Shown here piece after piece: positions 1-11,967 of a stretch of 64,000 bases of DNA. Made by a program: the position numbers and the translations under genes. Every line of letters begins with the position of its first letter. Positions within the stretch are counted from its first letter, which is position 1. Where the stretch lies: positions 256,001-320,000 of the forward strand of contig JBILLK010000001.1 of NCBI GenBank assembly GCA_044376115.1, written 5' to 3'. The notes below the pieces were generated by a model that ran no database searches, had not been told where the DNA came from, and was given only the letters and a program-made list of their open reading frames with translations. The stretch is from Polyangiaceae bacterium. GTDB taxonomy: Bacteria > Myxococcota_A > Polyangia > Polyangiales > Polyangiaceae.

Positions 1-385
1 GAAATGCGAAGGAATGGGCGACGGCGTGGCTCGCCTCGGCACCAAGCACCAGGTCGGCAGCCCCAAGGTACGGCCGGCCGGGGCTTCGGTGAGCGGGCGT
101 CTCCCCGCCGAGGTGATTCAACGCATCGTGCGCCAGAACTTCGGTCGCTTCCGCTCTTGCTACGAGGCCGGGCTGCGCACCAACCCCAACTTGCAGGGTC
201 GGGTTGCAGTGGCCTTCACCATCGGTCGGGATGGCGCAGTGGCCGGAGCACAGAACGCGGGCTCGGATCTCCCGGATTCTGGGGTGGTGAGCTGTGTGAC
301 CGGCTCCTTCCGCGGGCTTTCCTTCCCGGCGCCGGAGCAGGGCATCGTCAACGTGACCTACCCCATCTCCTTCTCGCCCAACTGA
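1..385 (+). CDS. AgmX/PglI C-terminal (TonB-C-like) domain protein, 5' partial
   Basis: Frame is open from the window edge. SGRLPAEVIQRIVRQNFGRFRSCYEAGL...GRVAVAF.I...V.SCV...F.FPAP...V.VTYPI.F matches the myxobacterial AgmX/PglI C-terminal domain. Confidence 0.8.
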   Translation, partial: KCEGMGDGVARLGTKHQVGSPKVRPAGASVSGRLPAEVIQRIVRQNFGRFRSCYEAGLRTNPNLQGRVAVAFTIGRDGAVAGAQNAGSDLPDSGVVSCVTGSFRGLSFPAPEQGIVNVTYPISFSPN

Positions 386-455
386 GCGTGAACGGCGAAA
401 CCCAAAATCGTTGGTGAGGCGGGGCATGTCTGGAGCCTGACTCCGCACCACCCCG

Positions 456-500
456 GGCCCCGTCATCCAAGCGAGGTGGATGGCGGGGTCGTCTCTATTT
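456..500 (+). terminator. 14-bp stem hairpin, probable terminator of the upstream gene
   Basis: GGCCCCGTCATCCA (456-469) pairs with TGGATGGCGGGGTC (477-490), including two G-U pairs, and is followed by GTCTCTATTT. Confidence 0.5.
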
Positions 501-541
501 CCGCCGAAGACGAGTCGCAGGCTGCTCGACGAACCACAAGC

Positions 542-572
542 TGCTAAGGTTCGCGCCCGTTCCATCGAGGAG
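542..572 (+). promoter_or_regulatory. Extended -10 box and SD for the fatty-acid oxidation operon
   Basis: TGCTAAGGT at 542-550; GAGGAG at 567-572 ahead of ATG 582. Confidence 0.45.
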
Positions 573-581
573 CCCGAGACC

Positions 582-2957
<2,376 letters not shown>

Positions 2958-2966
2958 GAGAGAGCC

Positions 2967-4133
2967 ATGGAAGACATCGTCATTGTCGACGCCGTACGAT
3001 CAGCGGTCGGACGTGCCATCAAAGGCTCGCTCGCGCAGAAGCGCCCGGATGAGCTCGCCGGCGAGGTGATTCGCGGTCTGCTCGCCCGTGTTCCCAACGT
3101 CAAACCCGAGCAGGTCGAGGATCTCATCCTCGGCTGCGCTATGCCGGAAGGCGAGCAGGGGCTCAACATCGCACGCGTGGCGGGTTTCCTCGGCGGTCTG
3201 CCCGAGGGCACCAGCGCCATGACCATCAATCGCTTCTGCTCGAGCGGCCTGCAGGCTCTCGCGCTGGGCGCCGGAGCCATCAAGCTCGGGTCGAACGACA
3301 TCGTCATCGCAGGCGGCGTCGAGTCGATGAGCATGGTGCCGATGACCGGCTACAAGCTCTCTGCTTCACCTGAGGCAATGGAGAAGTACCCGGCCGTCTA
3401 CACGCCGATGGGCATCACCGCGGAGAACGTGGCCAAGCGTTTCAACGTGACTCGTCGCGAGCAGGACGAGTTCGCAGCGAATAGCCAAACCAAAGCGATC
3501 GCCGCGCAGAAGGCCGGTCGCTTCGACGCGGAGATCGTGCCCGTCACCGCCCTCACCTTCAACGGCAACGAGCGCGTCTTCAGCGAGTTCAAGGTCGACG
3601 AGATGCCCCGTGAAGGCACCACCGCCGATTCACTCGCGGCGCTCAAGCCGGCCTTTGCGCTCGGCGGCAGTGTCACCGCAGGCAACGCTTCACCGCTCAG
3701 CGACGGCGCTGCAGCGATGCTGCTCGCCACCGACTCCAAGGCCAAGAGCCTTGGGCTTCCGCGGCTCGGCTATCTGCGCAGCTACGTCACCGTGGGCGTG
3801 GATCCGGCCATCATGGGCATCGGGCCGGAGCCGGCCATTCGCAAGCTCGTCGAGCGTTCGGGCATCTCGATGGACAAGATCGATCTGTTCGAGATCAACG
3901 AGGCCTTCGCCAGCCAATGCGTCCACGTGCAGCGCGCTCTCGGTATCCCCAGCGAGAAGCTGAACGTGAACGGTGGAGCCATCGCGCTCGGCCACCCGCT
4001 CGGTTGCACCGGCGCCAAGTTGGTCGCCACCGCGCTGCATGAACTGCGTCGCCGCAAGGGTCGCTACGCTGTCGTCAGTATGTGCATCGGCGGCGGTATG
4101 GGCGCTGCAGGTTTGCTCGAACTCGCGAGCTGA
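2967..4133 (+). CDS. fadA: Acetyl-CoA C-acyltransferase (thiolase)
   Basis: INRFCSSG, NEAF, GHPLG and CIGGGMG motifs; SD AGGAG; 9 bp downstream of fadN. Confidence 0.95.
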   Translation: MEDIVIVDAVRSAVGRAIKGSLAQKRPDELAGEVIRGLLARVPNVKPEQVEDLILGCAMPEGEQGLNIARVAGFLGGLPEGTSAMTINRFCSSGLQALALGAGAIKLGSNDIVIAGGVESMSMVPMTGYKLSASPEAMEKYPAVYTPMGITAENVAKRFNVTRREQDEFAANSQTKAIAAQKAGRFDAEIVPVTALTFNGNERVFSEFKVDEMPREGTTADSLAALKPAFALGGSVTAGNASPLSDGAAAMLLATDSKAKSLGLPRLGYLRSYVTVGVDPAIMGIGPEPAIRKLVERSGISMDKIDLFEINEAFASQCVHVQRALGIPSEKLNVNGGAIALGHPLGCTGAKLVATALHELRRRKGRYAVVSMCIGGGMGAAGLLELAS

Positions 4134-4154
4134 TCGAGCGCATCAACGGTTCAT

Positions 4155-4194
4155 GTGCAAAGCCCCTCGGCCAATCGGTCGGGGGGCTTTGTGC
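4155..4194. terminator. Intrinsic terminator hairpin, likely bidirectional
   Basis: GTGCAAAGCCCCTCGGCC-AATC-GGTCGGGGGGCTTTGTGC lies between convergent genes. Confidence 0.75.
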
Positions 4195-4203
4195 GTCTGT
4201 GCG

Positions 4204-4773
4204 TTAGCGTGCGGCTTTGCCAAGATCGTCGACCACGTCCGCACAACTCGCCGGGGTCTTGCGCACCTGACTGAAGACACGCTTTGCCTTCGGCTCCACG
4301 CAAGCGACCTTCGTCAGCTTCTTCTCATCCACCCCGAGCGCGATCAAATGATCACCCAGCAGCGCAAGCCAACCCTCTGCGTTCTGCTTGGTCGTCGAAC
4401 GAGTGAGCAAGGTCACGGCCTGTTGCCGGCCGACCAACATCCAGATCATTCCTAGGAACTCACGCTCTTGCGCAGTCAACTTGCGTGGATAACTGCCGAA
4501 GTCGAACTCAACTGCATCCTGAATCAGAGGTTCCGCCGCATTGGCGCTCGCAGCGCCCGACACCGAGGAACTAGCAACGGCGCTCGCTACCAAAGGCGGC
4601 TCCGCAGTAACGGTCGCGCCTGAAACAGGCGCTGATACAGAAGCCGCGATTTCGCCCAACGAGGACTGCGTCGACACGACGGCTTGGGGCTGCTCAGCGG
4701 ATGCCGTGGGACCACACCCGCCAGCGCAAAGCAGACGGGTGACCAAGCCGACGGACAAGAAACGCTGCTTCAT
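4204..4773 (-). CDS. Hypothetical lipoprotein
   Basis: Signal peptide with lipobox-like AGGC, Ala/Ser linker and small C-terminal domain; 4-bp overlap with the upstream SWIM gene. Confidence 0.6.
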   Translation of the reverse strand: MKQRFLSVGLVTRLLCAGGCGPTASAEQPQAVVSTQSSLGEIAASVSAPVSGATVTAEPPLVASAVASSSVSGAASANAAEPLIQDAVEFDFGSYPRKLTAQEREFLGMIWMLVGRQQAVTLLTRSTTKQNAEGWLALLGDHLIALGVDEKKLTKVACVEPKAKRVFSQVRKTPASCADVVDDLGKAAR

Positions 4774-5456
4774 GGCTTCACCAGCCGCGCGTGAACACGC
4801 TGGCGGAAGGCCTCGTTGTCGAGCGCTTCTTCCAACACGAGCAACACCAGCTCGGCGTGACTGAGGTTGCGCAAGGCGACAGCGATGGAAGGCGATGGCG
4901 ACGGTGATACAGCTGGGCTTGCCGAAGCTACAACCGCAGCTGGAGCTGCAACCACCGCGGGCGTTGCGGTAGCCGCTGGTGATGCGACCACCGCGGCCCC
5001 GACCTCGGTGCGAGCCACCTTGGCCAGCTCCGGCCGCGCGCGCGGCTCAGCGCGAGCAACGCTCAACTCTTTGCTCACGGCGCGAACCGGCGGCTCGCTG
5101 CGAGGAGCTTCCAGGTGCGGAGCCTCTTCCACCGGCGGCGCTGGAGGCGTGAAGCCCGACCCGCCAACGAAGGTCAGCGCCAGAGCGACGGCGTGTTTGC
5201 AGAACGCTTGCTCTTGGCCTTGGGGGCAGTTGCATGCGTAGGCCAGGCTGCCCTCGTGCATCCAAATGCGCACGGCATACGGCTCAGAGCCGCGCACCTT
5301 GGCTGTCACGGCGCCTTCCTTGCGCACGATGTCGGTGACTCGCCCCTGCGCGGCATAGGCCTTTCCTCGCTCAAAGGCACCATCCCCGGAGAGCCGGCGA
5401 ATGGTGTCTTGGTGCAGGATGCTGGCGGTCGGCTGAACCATGCCGAAGTCTTGCAT
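4770..5456 (-). CDS. SWIM zinc-finger protein
   Basis: FERGKAY...GRV, AKVRGSEPY.V and ACNCP...FCKHAVAL (CxC...CxH), then an Ala/Pro-rich tail. Start is uncertain (5480, 5456 or 5441). Confidence 0.8.
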   Translation of the reverse strand: MQDFGMVQPTASILHQDTIRRLSGDGAFERGKAYAAQGRVTDIVRKEGAVTAKVRGSEPYAVRIWMHEGSLAYACNCPQGQEQAFCKHAVALALTFVGGSGFTPPAPPVEEAPHLEAPRSEPPVRAVSKELSVARAEPRARPELAKVARTEVGAAVVASPAATATPAVVAAPAAVVASASPAVSPSPSPSIAVALRNLSHAELVLLVLEEALDNEAFRQRVHARLVKP

Positions 5457-5512
5457 ACTCAGCCGTTCAGCTCCAAGCACTGAACGGCCCGTTCGCGCTA
5501 GCCTGGCTGGCC

Positions 5513-6019
5513 ATGAGCATCGTTGGCGCGAGTCGTTGGCTCCTTCTGTTCGTGAGCGCGTGCAGCGCGCCCTCCACCCAACCCGCCACAGCGTCCGCGG
5601 CTGTCGAAGTTGAAGTCAGCAAAGACGCCGACGCCTTCGACGTCGAGCTCGTGAGCGACGCCGAGGACTCCGCAGTCGCTGAGCTCCGTGCACAGCTCGG
5701 TCGCTCGTCAAAACTGAAGCTTGCTGGCGGTGAGGTCGGCAACGACGCGCGCCGGCTCAAACTTCGGTTCTCGGCGGGAGCGCCCAGTACCTCGAGCAAA
5801 GGCCTGCAGCGCGAGCTGAGCCTCACGGGCTACACGCAAGCAGGCGAATGTCAGGTATTCCAGCTCAACCCGAAGTTGACCAAGCCGGGTGGCCGAGCTG
5901 AGGTTGAAAGCGACGTAAAGGAGCTAACACGCGCCGGGATCGAGAACCTGATGTTGACCTTGCATAGCCTATTACCCAAGGTCGGGCCCAACGCTACTTG
6001 CCTATCAACAGGCAAGTAG
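5513..6019 (+). CDS. Hypothetical lipoprotein
   Basis: LLLFVSAC lipobox; fills the gap between neighbouring genes. Confidence 0.6.
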   Translation: MSIVGASRWLLLFVSACSAPSTQPATASAAVEVEVSKDADAFDVELVSDAEDSAVAELRAQLGRSSKLKLAGGEVGNDARRLKLRFSAGAPSTSSKGLQRELSLTGYTQAGECQVFQLNPKLTKPGGRAEVESDVKELTRAGIENLMLTLHSLLPKVGPNATCLSTGK

Positions 6020-6034
6020 CAAGAGCCTGGTGAA

Positions 6035-8596
6035 TCACTTCGCAGCCGGCATCGTGTAGCTCGACTCCGCGGCAGCCTCGATCTCGGCGCGCTCGAACAA
6101 GAGCTTTTTATAGGTACCGTCGAGCCAACCCGGTAGTTCATCCTCAAAGTGTTTCCCGTCGGGGTCGGCCACGTTGCCCATCGGGAAGTTGGCGTAGGAC
6201 TCGGGGACGCCGGCGTCATTGAAGTGCATGACTTGGCGTTCAATCGGTCCCCAATGCGAGACCCATTGTTCTGCCGTCTCCCCGGCGGCGTTGCGGAACT
6301 CGCTCTGTGCGACGTTCACGGTGTCTTCGCCGCCATCGGTCGGCACCTCAGCGAGATCGAAGTCGCGACCAAACGCATGGTCCATGCTCGATACACGCAT
6401 ATCAGCGAAGGTGTAATTGGCCGGATCGACCCCGCCAAAGCGTTCGCTCAAGAACGCAGCCGTGTCCGAGAGGGACTTCAATACCAAGCGATTGCGCCCT
6501 TCGAGCATGACCTGGTCCCCGTTGGGGTAGACCCCATTGAGCGCCAACGCAGCGACCTTCAACATGTACATGGGTGCCGCCTCCAAAACCTGATTGAAGA
6601 TGATCGTGTTGAGATCGTCTTCAATGATGTTGGACGTAACGAAGTGAGCGAAGGCGTGAAAGGCCAGGGCTCCGCTCGAGCTACGCGCCATTCGGCGATC
6701 CCAATCAACGGCTAGGAGCTGCACCAACTGCGCGAGCTCCGGACGATTGTTGAACTCGGCCAGGTCAGGGTCGGTTTGGACCGCGGCAAAGGCTTCCGAA
6801 ACGACTGGGAGGATGTCGTCGGCGAGGCCCGAATGAACGTCCATCTGCAGGGCCTGCATCTCCTCGGGCGTGATGCTGCCGCGTTCGGCGAGGCGCGTGA
6901 GCTCCGACTCGATGCGAGCCGCACGCCAGCCCGGCGGGAAGACGGCACCGTAATACCAAGGGTCATTGTCGACTCGACCATCACCGGTGAATCCGAACGG
7001 GTCGTTGTTGGCGGTCGCAATCCAGCCCCGTTCGAGCGCCCGGCTATGCGGCTTTTGTTCGGGCGTCAGGAACTTCCCGGCCGGCCAAATCGATTGTGGG
7101 TCGCTGGCGTCCATCACCTTCCACGGCTCTCGACCAGGCGCAGGTTGATTGCGCGCTGGAACCTCGACGCCGACGCGGTAGCTGATACCGGTCTTGTCGG
7201 CGCCTACGAAGTTGTAAGACATCTCCGGCATTTGATCGACGGCGCTCTCGAACTCGTCGAGCGTCTTGGCCTTCATCAGCGGTCGGAAGTAGCGCGCAGG
7301 ACGCTGCTTGTAGCCCGTCCAACCGACCATTGCATACTTGCCTCCATCCACGAACGGCACCGGCGAGCCAATCAGCTTATGGTCGAGAATAACGCCATAT
7401 CCCGGTACATCGATCACATTGAAGGTTACCGGAGAACCGTCTTTTACTTCGATGGTCTCGCTGCGTTCTTCAACGGCTACGAGCTCATCGCCGACCTTCG
7501 CCATACCGTCTTCGATCTCGACCTCCCACAGGTCCATGACGTCGGAGAAAGCGCTGGTGGGCGTATAGGCGAACTCACGATTATGGCCTGCAAACAGGCC
7601 CGGCACCGCGACGAAGGCGAAGCCGACGTTATCGTAGCTACCGCCTGCATCCATGCTGTTCAGATGCAACGCGTACATCATGCCGCTAAACGCAAAGCCC
7701 AAGTGCGGGTCCCCGGCGACGATGGGCATGCCGTTCTCTGTATGACGACCGTCCACCGCCCAGTTGTTACTGCCCAAGGCCTTTGTGTGATTGAGCCGAC
7801 CCAACGTCGCCAAAGACCCAGGGGCGAACAGCGCCTCCCTGCCACCAAGGTTGGGAGGCCCGACGAACGGAGTATGGAGGTTAGCGGCCATGCTCGTAGT
7901 CGGGCGGTCTTCCTCTGGTAGGGTGAAGACCTGACGCGCTGGTCGGAATAGTTCGATCGCCTTGAGCGCATCCGGATTGAATGCGTCGATGAAGGTGATC
8001 AGCACTTCGTAAAGAATGGTCTGGTCCAAACCGAAGTTGACCATCTTCTGCACGATGTAGACGTCCTCCGGGGTCCACTTGCCGGGCTTGAAATCGAGCT
8101 GGTCGGTCTTGAAACCATACGGAGTCGGGACCTTGCCTTGCTCGATCTCATCGACCCGCTTGTTGATACCCGCCGCCCAGGCACTGGTCAGAGCGTATTG
8201 CTCTGGATCATTTTGTTTCATCCAGTCAGCGTCGACTTTGCCCCAATACCGCCAGTTGAAAACCTTGGCGAAGGTATCGTCGGTGAGGCTGTCTCCGCGC
8301 ACCGTCCCAGGACCGTTCGCGCCCAACACCTCGGACAGCTGGCCGTGGGCGTAGCGGCGAAACATCTCCAGCTGGAGCATGCGATCGCTGGCCAGTTGGT
8401 AGCCGTAGACGAAGAACAAATCCTCGTCGTTTTGCGCATAAATATGCGGAACACCGCGACCATCGATCAGCACCTCGACCTCGGCTGAGGGCAGCTGCTT
8501 CTCGGTCGGAGGCGGGTTCACAGGCTCGTCCTCACAGGCCGTGAGCAACAGAGCGGGCAAGAGCCAGAGCGAGCGAGCGGGGCGGTTTCGTTTCAT
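6035..8596 (-). CDS. Penicillin acylase family (Ntn hydrolase, peptidase S45) lipoprotein
   Basis: D.RGVPHIYA, GY..A.DR..Q, GSNNWAV (nucleophile Ser), DPHL and TANN motifs; LLTAC lipobox; SD GGAGG before ATG 8596. Confidence 0.9.
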   Translation of the reverse strand: MKRNRPARSLWLLPALLLTACEDEPVNPPPTEKQLPSAEVEVLIDGRGVPHIYAQNDEDLFFVYGYQLASDRMLQLEMFRRYAHGQLSEVLGANGPGTVRGDSLTDDTFAKVFNWRYWGKVDADWMKQNDPEQYALTSAWAAGINKRVDEIEQGKVPTPYGFKTDQLDFKPGKWTPEDVYIVQKMVNFGLDQTILYEVLITFIDAFNPDALKAIELFRPARQVFTLPEEDRPTTSMAANLHTPFVGPPNLGGREALFAPGSLATLGRLNHTKALGSNNWAVDGRHTENGMPIVAGDPHLGFAFSGMMYALHLNSMDAGGSYDNVGFAFVAVPGLFAGHNREFAYTPTSAFSDVMDLWEVEIEDGMAKVGDELVAVEERSETIEVKDGSPVTFNVIDVPGYGVILDHKLIGSPVPFVDGGKYAMVGWTGYKQRPARYFRPLMKAKTLDEFESAVDQMPEMSYNFVGADKTGISYRVGVEVPARNQPAPGREPWKVMDASDPQSIWPAGKFLTPEQKPHSRALERGWIATANNDPFGFTGDGRVDNDPWYYGAVFPPGWRAARIESELTRLAERGSITPEEMQALQMDVHSGLADDILPVVSEAFAAVQTDPDLAEFNNRPELAQLVQLLAVDWDRRMARSSSGALAFHAFAHFVTSNIIEDDLNTIIFNQVLEAAPMYMLKVAALALNGVYPNGDQVMLEGRNRLVLKSLSDTAAFLSERFGGVDPANYTFADMRVSSMDHAFGRDFDLAEVPTDGGEDTVNVAQSEFRNAAGETAEQWVSHWGPIERQVMHFNDAGVPESYANFPMGNVADPDGKHFEDELPGWLDGTYKKLLFERAEIEAAAESSYTMPAAK

Positions 8597-8657
8597 GGTT
8601 CCTCCAGACACAAGCGAGTCCCAACAGAACTTTCTGCGACTATTGAACTTCGGTCAA

Positions 8658-8673
8658 TGCACTGGGCGTGCCA
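8658..8673 (-). promoter_or_regulatory. Sigma-54 (-24/-12) promoter upstream of the acylase gene
   Basis: Minus strand reads TGGCACG-CCCA-GTGCA versus consensus TGGCACG-N4-TTGCW, with exact GG-N10-GC spacing. Confidence 0.65.
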
Positions 8674-8748
8674 GCGATTGCACGGTTGCGACCTCGACTC
8701 GCAGCGATGCGAGACCCAGCCCCACCAATTCCCGCGTAGTGAGGCTCC

Positions 8749-9864
8749 ATGGCAAAGCTCTCCTTCGTGGTTCCGCTTTTGACGCTTGGGTTCCAGCTGT
8801 CGGCGTGCGGTGATTCGGCTGCGGAGGGGGGTGCAGGCGGTGAGGCCGGCGCAGCGACAGGCGGGTCAACCTCCGACGGAGGGTCCAATGCGAGCGGTGG
8901 AGCCAACGCGATGGGCGGGGCCAACGCTGGTGGAGCGCCGAATGGCGGCAGCGACGTTGGGGGTGCAGGCGGTGAGGGCGGTGCGGCTCCGCTTGCATTC
9001 CTCGACGCATATCCATTGCAAAGCACCTATCCCGAGGGTGCGGCTTTCGACCTTGCGAGTCACTCCTTTTATGTCGGCAGTCTCGAGAGCGGCTCGGTGT
9101 ACGCCATCGACGTCGAGACCGGCGTCGAGACCGAGGTGTTCACCGAGACAGCGGCCGGCACCTGGTTCACGCTCGGGATGGCCGTCGACGCGGCTGGGCG
9201 CAAGCTTTGGGTATGTGCGGCCGATCAAGACAGCGACCCGTATTACGGCGAACTGTGGACCTTCGATCTCGACACGGGCGAACGGACCAAGATCGTTCCG
9301 CTAACCAACTCGGGCGAGAACGCCTGGTGTGAGGACGTCGCGGTGGATTCGGCGGGCAACGCCTTCGCGACAGACCGTGAGAACCCGAACATCTACCGCG
9401 TTGGAGCGAACGATACGGTGCCCTCTTTGTTCGCCACCGACCCCGAGCTCGGTTCGAGCTTCATTGGCCAGAACGGCATCGTGGTTCTACCGGGCGATGA
9501 AGCGCTGATCGCCGCGGTTCACTTCCCGGCCAGGCTGAACCGGATCGAGATCCCGAGTGGTGTGGTGACGCCCATTTCGATCTCGGGCGACTTCGCCGAC
9601 GCCACGATTGGCAGTGGCGCCGATGGCATCGTGCTCGTCGAAGGCATCCTCTACGTCGTGTTCGATGGCGAGCTGGTCAAGGTCGAACCCACACTGGCCG
9701 ACTGGACAGCGGTAACCGCGACCGAAGCCGAGCTCACGGGCGGCCTCACCGATGTCGTATCGACCCCCAATGGCCTATACCTGGCGAACGGGCAGGCGAT
9801 TGGCTACGTCTTCGGTCAGGAGCCAGCGCCCTTCTCCTTGGTGCGCTTTACCGGGAGTTTCTAG
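8749..9864 (+). CDS. SMP-30/gluconolactonase-like beta-propeller lipoprotein
   Basis: LSACGD lipobox, Gly-rich linker, and YPEG, EDVAVD..GN, NGI and DGI blade motifs. Confidence 0.75.
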   Translation: MAKLSFVVPLLTLGFQLSACGDSAAEGGAGGEAGAATGGSTSDGGSNASGGANAMGGANAGGAPNGGSDVGGAGGEGGAAPLAFLDAYPLQSTYPEGAAFDLASHSFYVGSLESGSVYAIDVETGVETEVFTETAAGTWFTLGMAVDAAGRKLWVCAADQDSDPYYGELWTFDLDTGERTKIVPLTNSGENAWCEDVAVDSAGNAFATDRENPNIYRVGANDTVPSLFATDPELGSSFIGQNGIVVLPGDEALIAAVHFPARLNRIEIPSGVVTPISISGDFADATIGSGADGIVLVEGILYVVFDGELVKVEPTLADWTAVTATEAELTGGLTDVVSTPNGLYLANGQAIGYVFGQEPAPFSLVRFTGSF

Positions 9865-9969
9865 GCGGAGAGACTTTGTCACTAAGGAATCGTTCATCCG
9901 CACGTGGTTCAGGGGAACGGATCGATTGCTTGAGTCGTCCGTCCAAGTGCCTTCACCATGCGAGGAACG

Positions 9970-11961
9970 ATGCGAACCCAAGGCTTGCCTGTTGTCGGAA
10001 TGATTGCTCTGTCGCTGGCTGCCCCACTTGGATGCACGAATCCAAGCAAGAGTGAGGAAGGCGAGAACATCACGAATGTTCGGATTGCAGCCTCTGGCGC
10101 AGCCCGGAACGACGTCGGAGAGAAGGAAGAGCTGCTGAGGGAGGGAGCGCTTTATGCCGAGGGCAAAGGCATGGCGCCCGCTCCGGCGGCAACCGCCGAC
10201 TACGGCAGCCTCGGCGGCAAAGCTGGGCGCGGCTCGGTACCGGGCTACGGGAATGGCGCGTCCGGACTCGGCCAGGACTCGAACAAAGGCCGACCGCAGC
10301 GAGAGGCCGCCCCTCAGCAAAAGCCGCAGAGCGCCGAGTCGCCCACCGTCGCCAAACAGGAGCTGAAGACAAAATCTTTTGCTCCACCTTCCACGGTGCC
10401 CGTTGCGCCACCGCCCCCAACCCCCGTTGCACCAACACCGCCCCCCGCCGCCGAAGACGCGCCGATCGACCCGAACGGTCGCTTCGCCACCACCTACAGG
10501 CCGGGCGGTGGGCATCTCGCAGCCTTCGAATCGGCGATGACCGCTGGGCTGATTCCGCAAACGGAACAGGAGCTGGTGAGCGACATTGGCTCGCGCTACT
10601 TGCCCGACATCCCGCTGCCCACGAAGGGCGCGCTCTCCTTCCAAGCCGACTTCGAGCGGACGAAGCTGGCCCCCACTGGCGGGCCGGTTCACTTGCGATT
10701 CTCGATTCGCTCGAGTGAGGTGGCAGCCAAGGAGCGGCCTCCGCTATCGGTGGTGGTCGTGCTCGACGTGAGCGGCTCGATGCGCGGCGAGCTGATCTCC
10801 AGCGCCCGCAAGGCCGCCAGCCAGTTGCTCGGCCGGCTCGAAGACAGCGACGAGTTTGGCTTGGTCACCTTCAGCACCGACGCCAATACCTTGGTGCCGC
10901 TCGGGAGAATCGGCTCGGGACGCGAGAAGATCCAACAGACGATCAGCCAGATCGTCGAAGGCGGTGGCACCAACATCAGCGGCGGTCTTAGCGCGGGCTA
11001 TTCAGAGCTCGCCAAAACGCGGACCGCCGACGCCGTTCGCGTTGCGATGCTGCTCTCCGACGGGCGCGCCAACAACGGCATCACCGCCCGCTCCAAGCTC
11101 TCGCAGCTCGCCCTCAACGCCTTCCAGGAAGGCATCCAAACCAGCGCCTTTGGTCTCGGCACCGACTACGACGGGCCGCTCATGAGCCAACTCGCCGGTG
11201 ACGGCGCGGGCGGCTACTACTTCCTCAAGGACGGAAGCCAGATCGAATCGGCGTTGGCCACCGAGCTGAGCAAACGCTTGGATCCCGTCGCGACGGCACT
11301 CGAGGTGCGCGTTCGCCTCAAGCCCGAGGTCGAGGTGCTCAAGGTGTACGGCTCGCGCAAACTCTCCGAACAAGAGACGGCTCGCGTCCGGGCGATCGAG
11401 GTTGCCACCGACCTTCAGGAAGAGAAGCGCACCAAGATCAAAGCCAACCGCCAAGAGGATTTGGAGGGCGGGATGCGCTTCTTCATTCCGGCGTTCGCGC
11501 GGGCCGACGCTCACTCGATGCTGCTCAAGCTGCGCCTTCCCGAGGGCATCAAGTCGCGGGACATCGCGACGATCGAGGTCAAGTACAAGGACCGTCTGAC
11601 CAAGAAGAACGTGCTCGAGGAGATCCCGCTCAAGCTCGACTACGCCGACAGCGACCTCGCGAGCGCCAAGTCGATTGACCCTGCGGTCGTGCGCTCGGTG
11701 CAAGGCTTCCTAGCCGGTGAAACGCTGATGCAGGCCGCCCAACTGATGGCCAAGAACGACAAACAGGCCGCCATCGACCTGCTCGGTCAACGTGAAGGCT
11801 TGTTGCAACACGCGGCGGTGACGCTTGGTGAGCCGCTGTTCGTGCAGGATTCACGACGGCTCTCGCGTTTACGCGAACACGCCAGCGCCAAATCCTCGCT
11901 CAGTGATCCGCTGGTGCTCGCAATGATGATGGAGACTGCAGGCAGCGTGCATCTACACTGA
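9970..11961 (+). CDS. VWA (von Willebrand factor A) domain lipoprotein
   Basis: PLGC lipobox; MIDAS elements DVSGS, GGT and LSDG; FGLG.DY...M..LA..G.G.YYF. Confidence 0.85.
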   Translation: MRTQGLPVVGMIALSLAAPLGCTNPSKSEEGENITNVRIAASGAARNDVGEKEELLREGALYAEGKGMAPAPAATADYGSLGGKAGRGSVPGYGNGASGLGQDSNKGRPQREAAPQQKPQSAESPTVAKQELKTKSFAPPSTVPVAPPPPTPVAPTPPPAAEDAPIDPNGRFATTYRPGGGHLAAFESAMTAGLIPQTEQELVSDIGSRYLPDIPLPTKGALSFQADFERTKLAPTGGPVHLRFSIRSSEVAAKERPPLSVVVVLDVSGSMRGELISSARKAASQLLGRLEDSDEFGLVTFSTDANTLVPLGRIGSGREKIQQTISQIVEGGGTNISGGLSAGYSELAKTRTADAVRVAMLLSDGRANNGITARSKLSQLALNAFQEGIQTSAFGLGTDYDGPLMSQLAGDGAGGYYFLKDGSQIESALATELSKRLDPVATALEVRVRLKPEVEVLKVYGSRKLSEQETARVRAIEVATDLQEEKRTKIKANRQEDLEGGMRFFIPAFARADAHSMLLKLRLPEGIKSRDIATIEVKYKDRLTKKNVLEEIPLKLDYADSDLASAKSIDPAVVRSVQGFLAGETLMQAAQLMAKNDKQAAIDLLGQREGLLQHAAVTLGEPLFVQDSRRLSRLREHASAKSSLSDPLVLAMMMETAGSVHLH

Positions 11962-11967
11962 CGCCCC

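Noticed and set aside
395..450. Stem-loop ending in ...CCGCACCA, superficially like a tRNA 3' end
   Set aside because: No T-arm (GTTCRA), D-arm or cloverleaf can be built; at most an extra hairpin before the terminator.
480..581. N-terminal extension of the fadN ORF
   Set aside because: It overlaps the terminator hairpin and the -10 box; the SD supports ATG 582.
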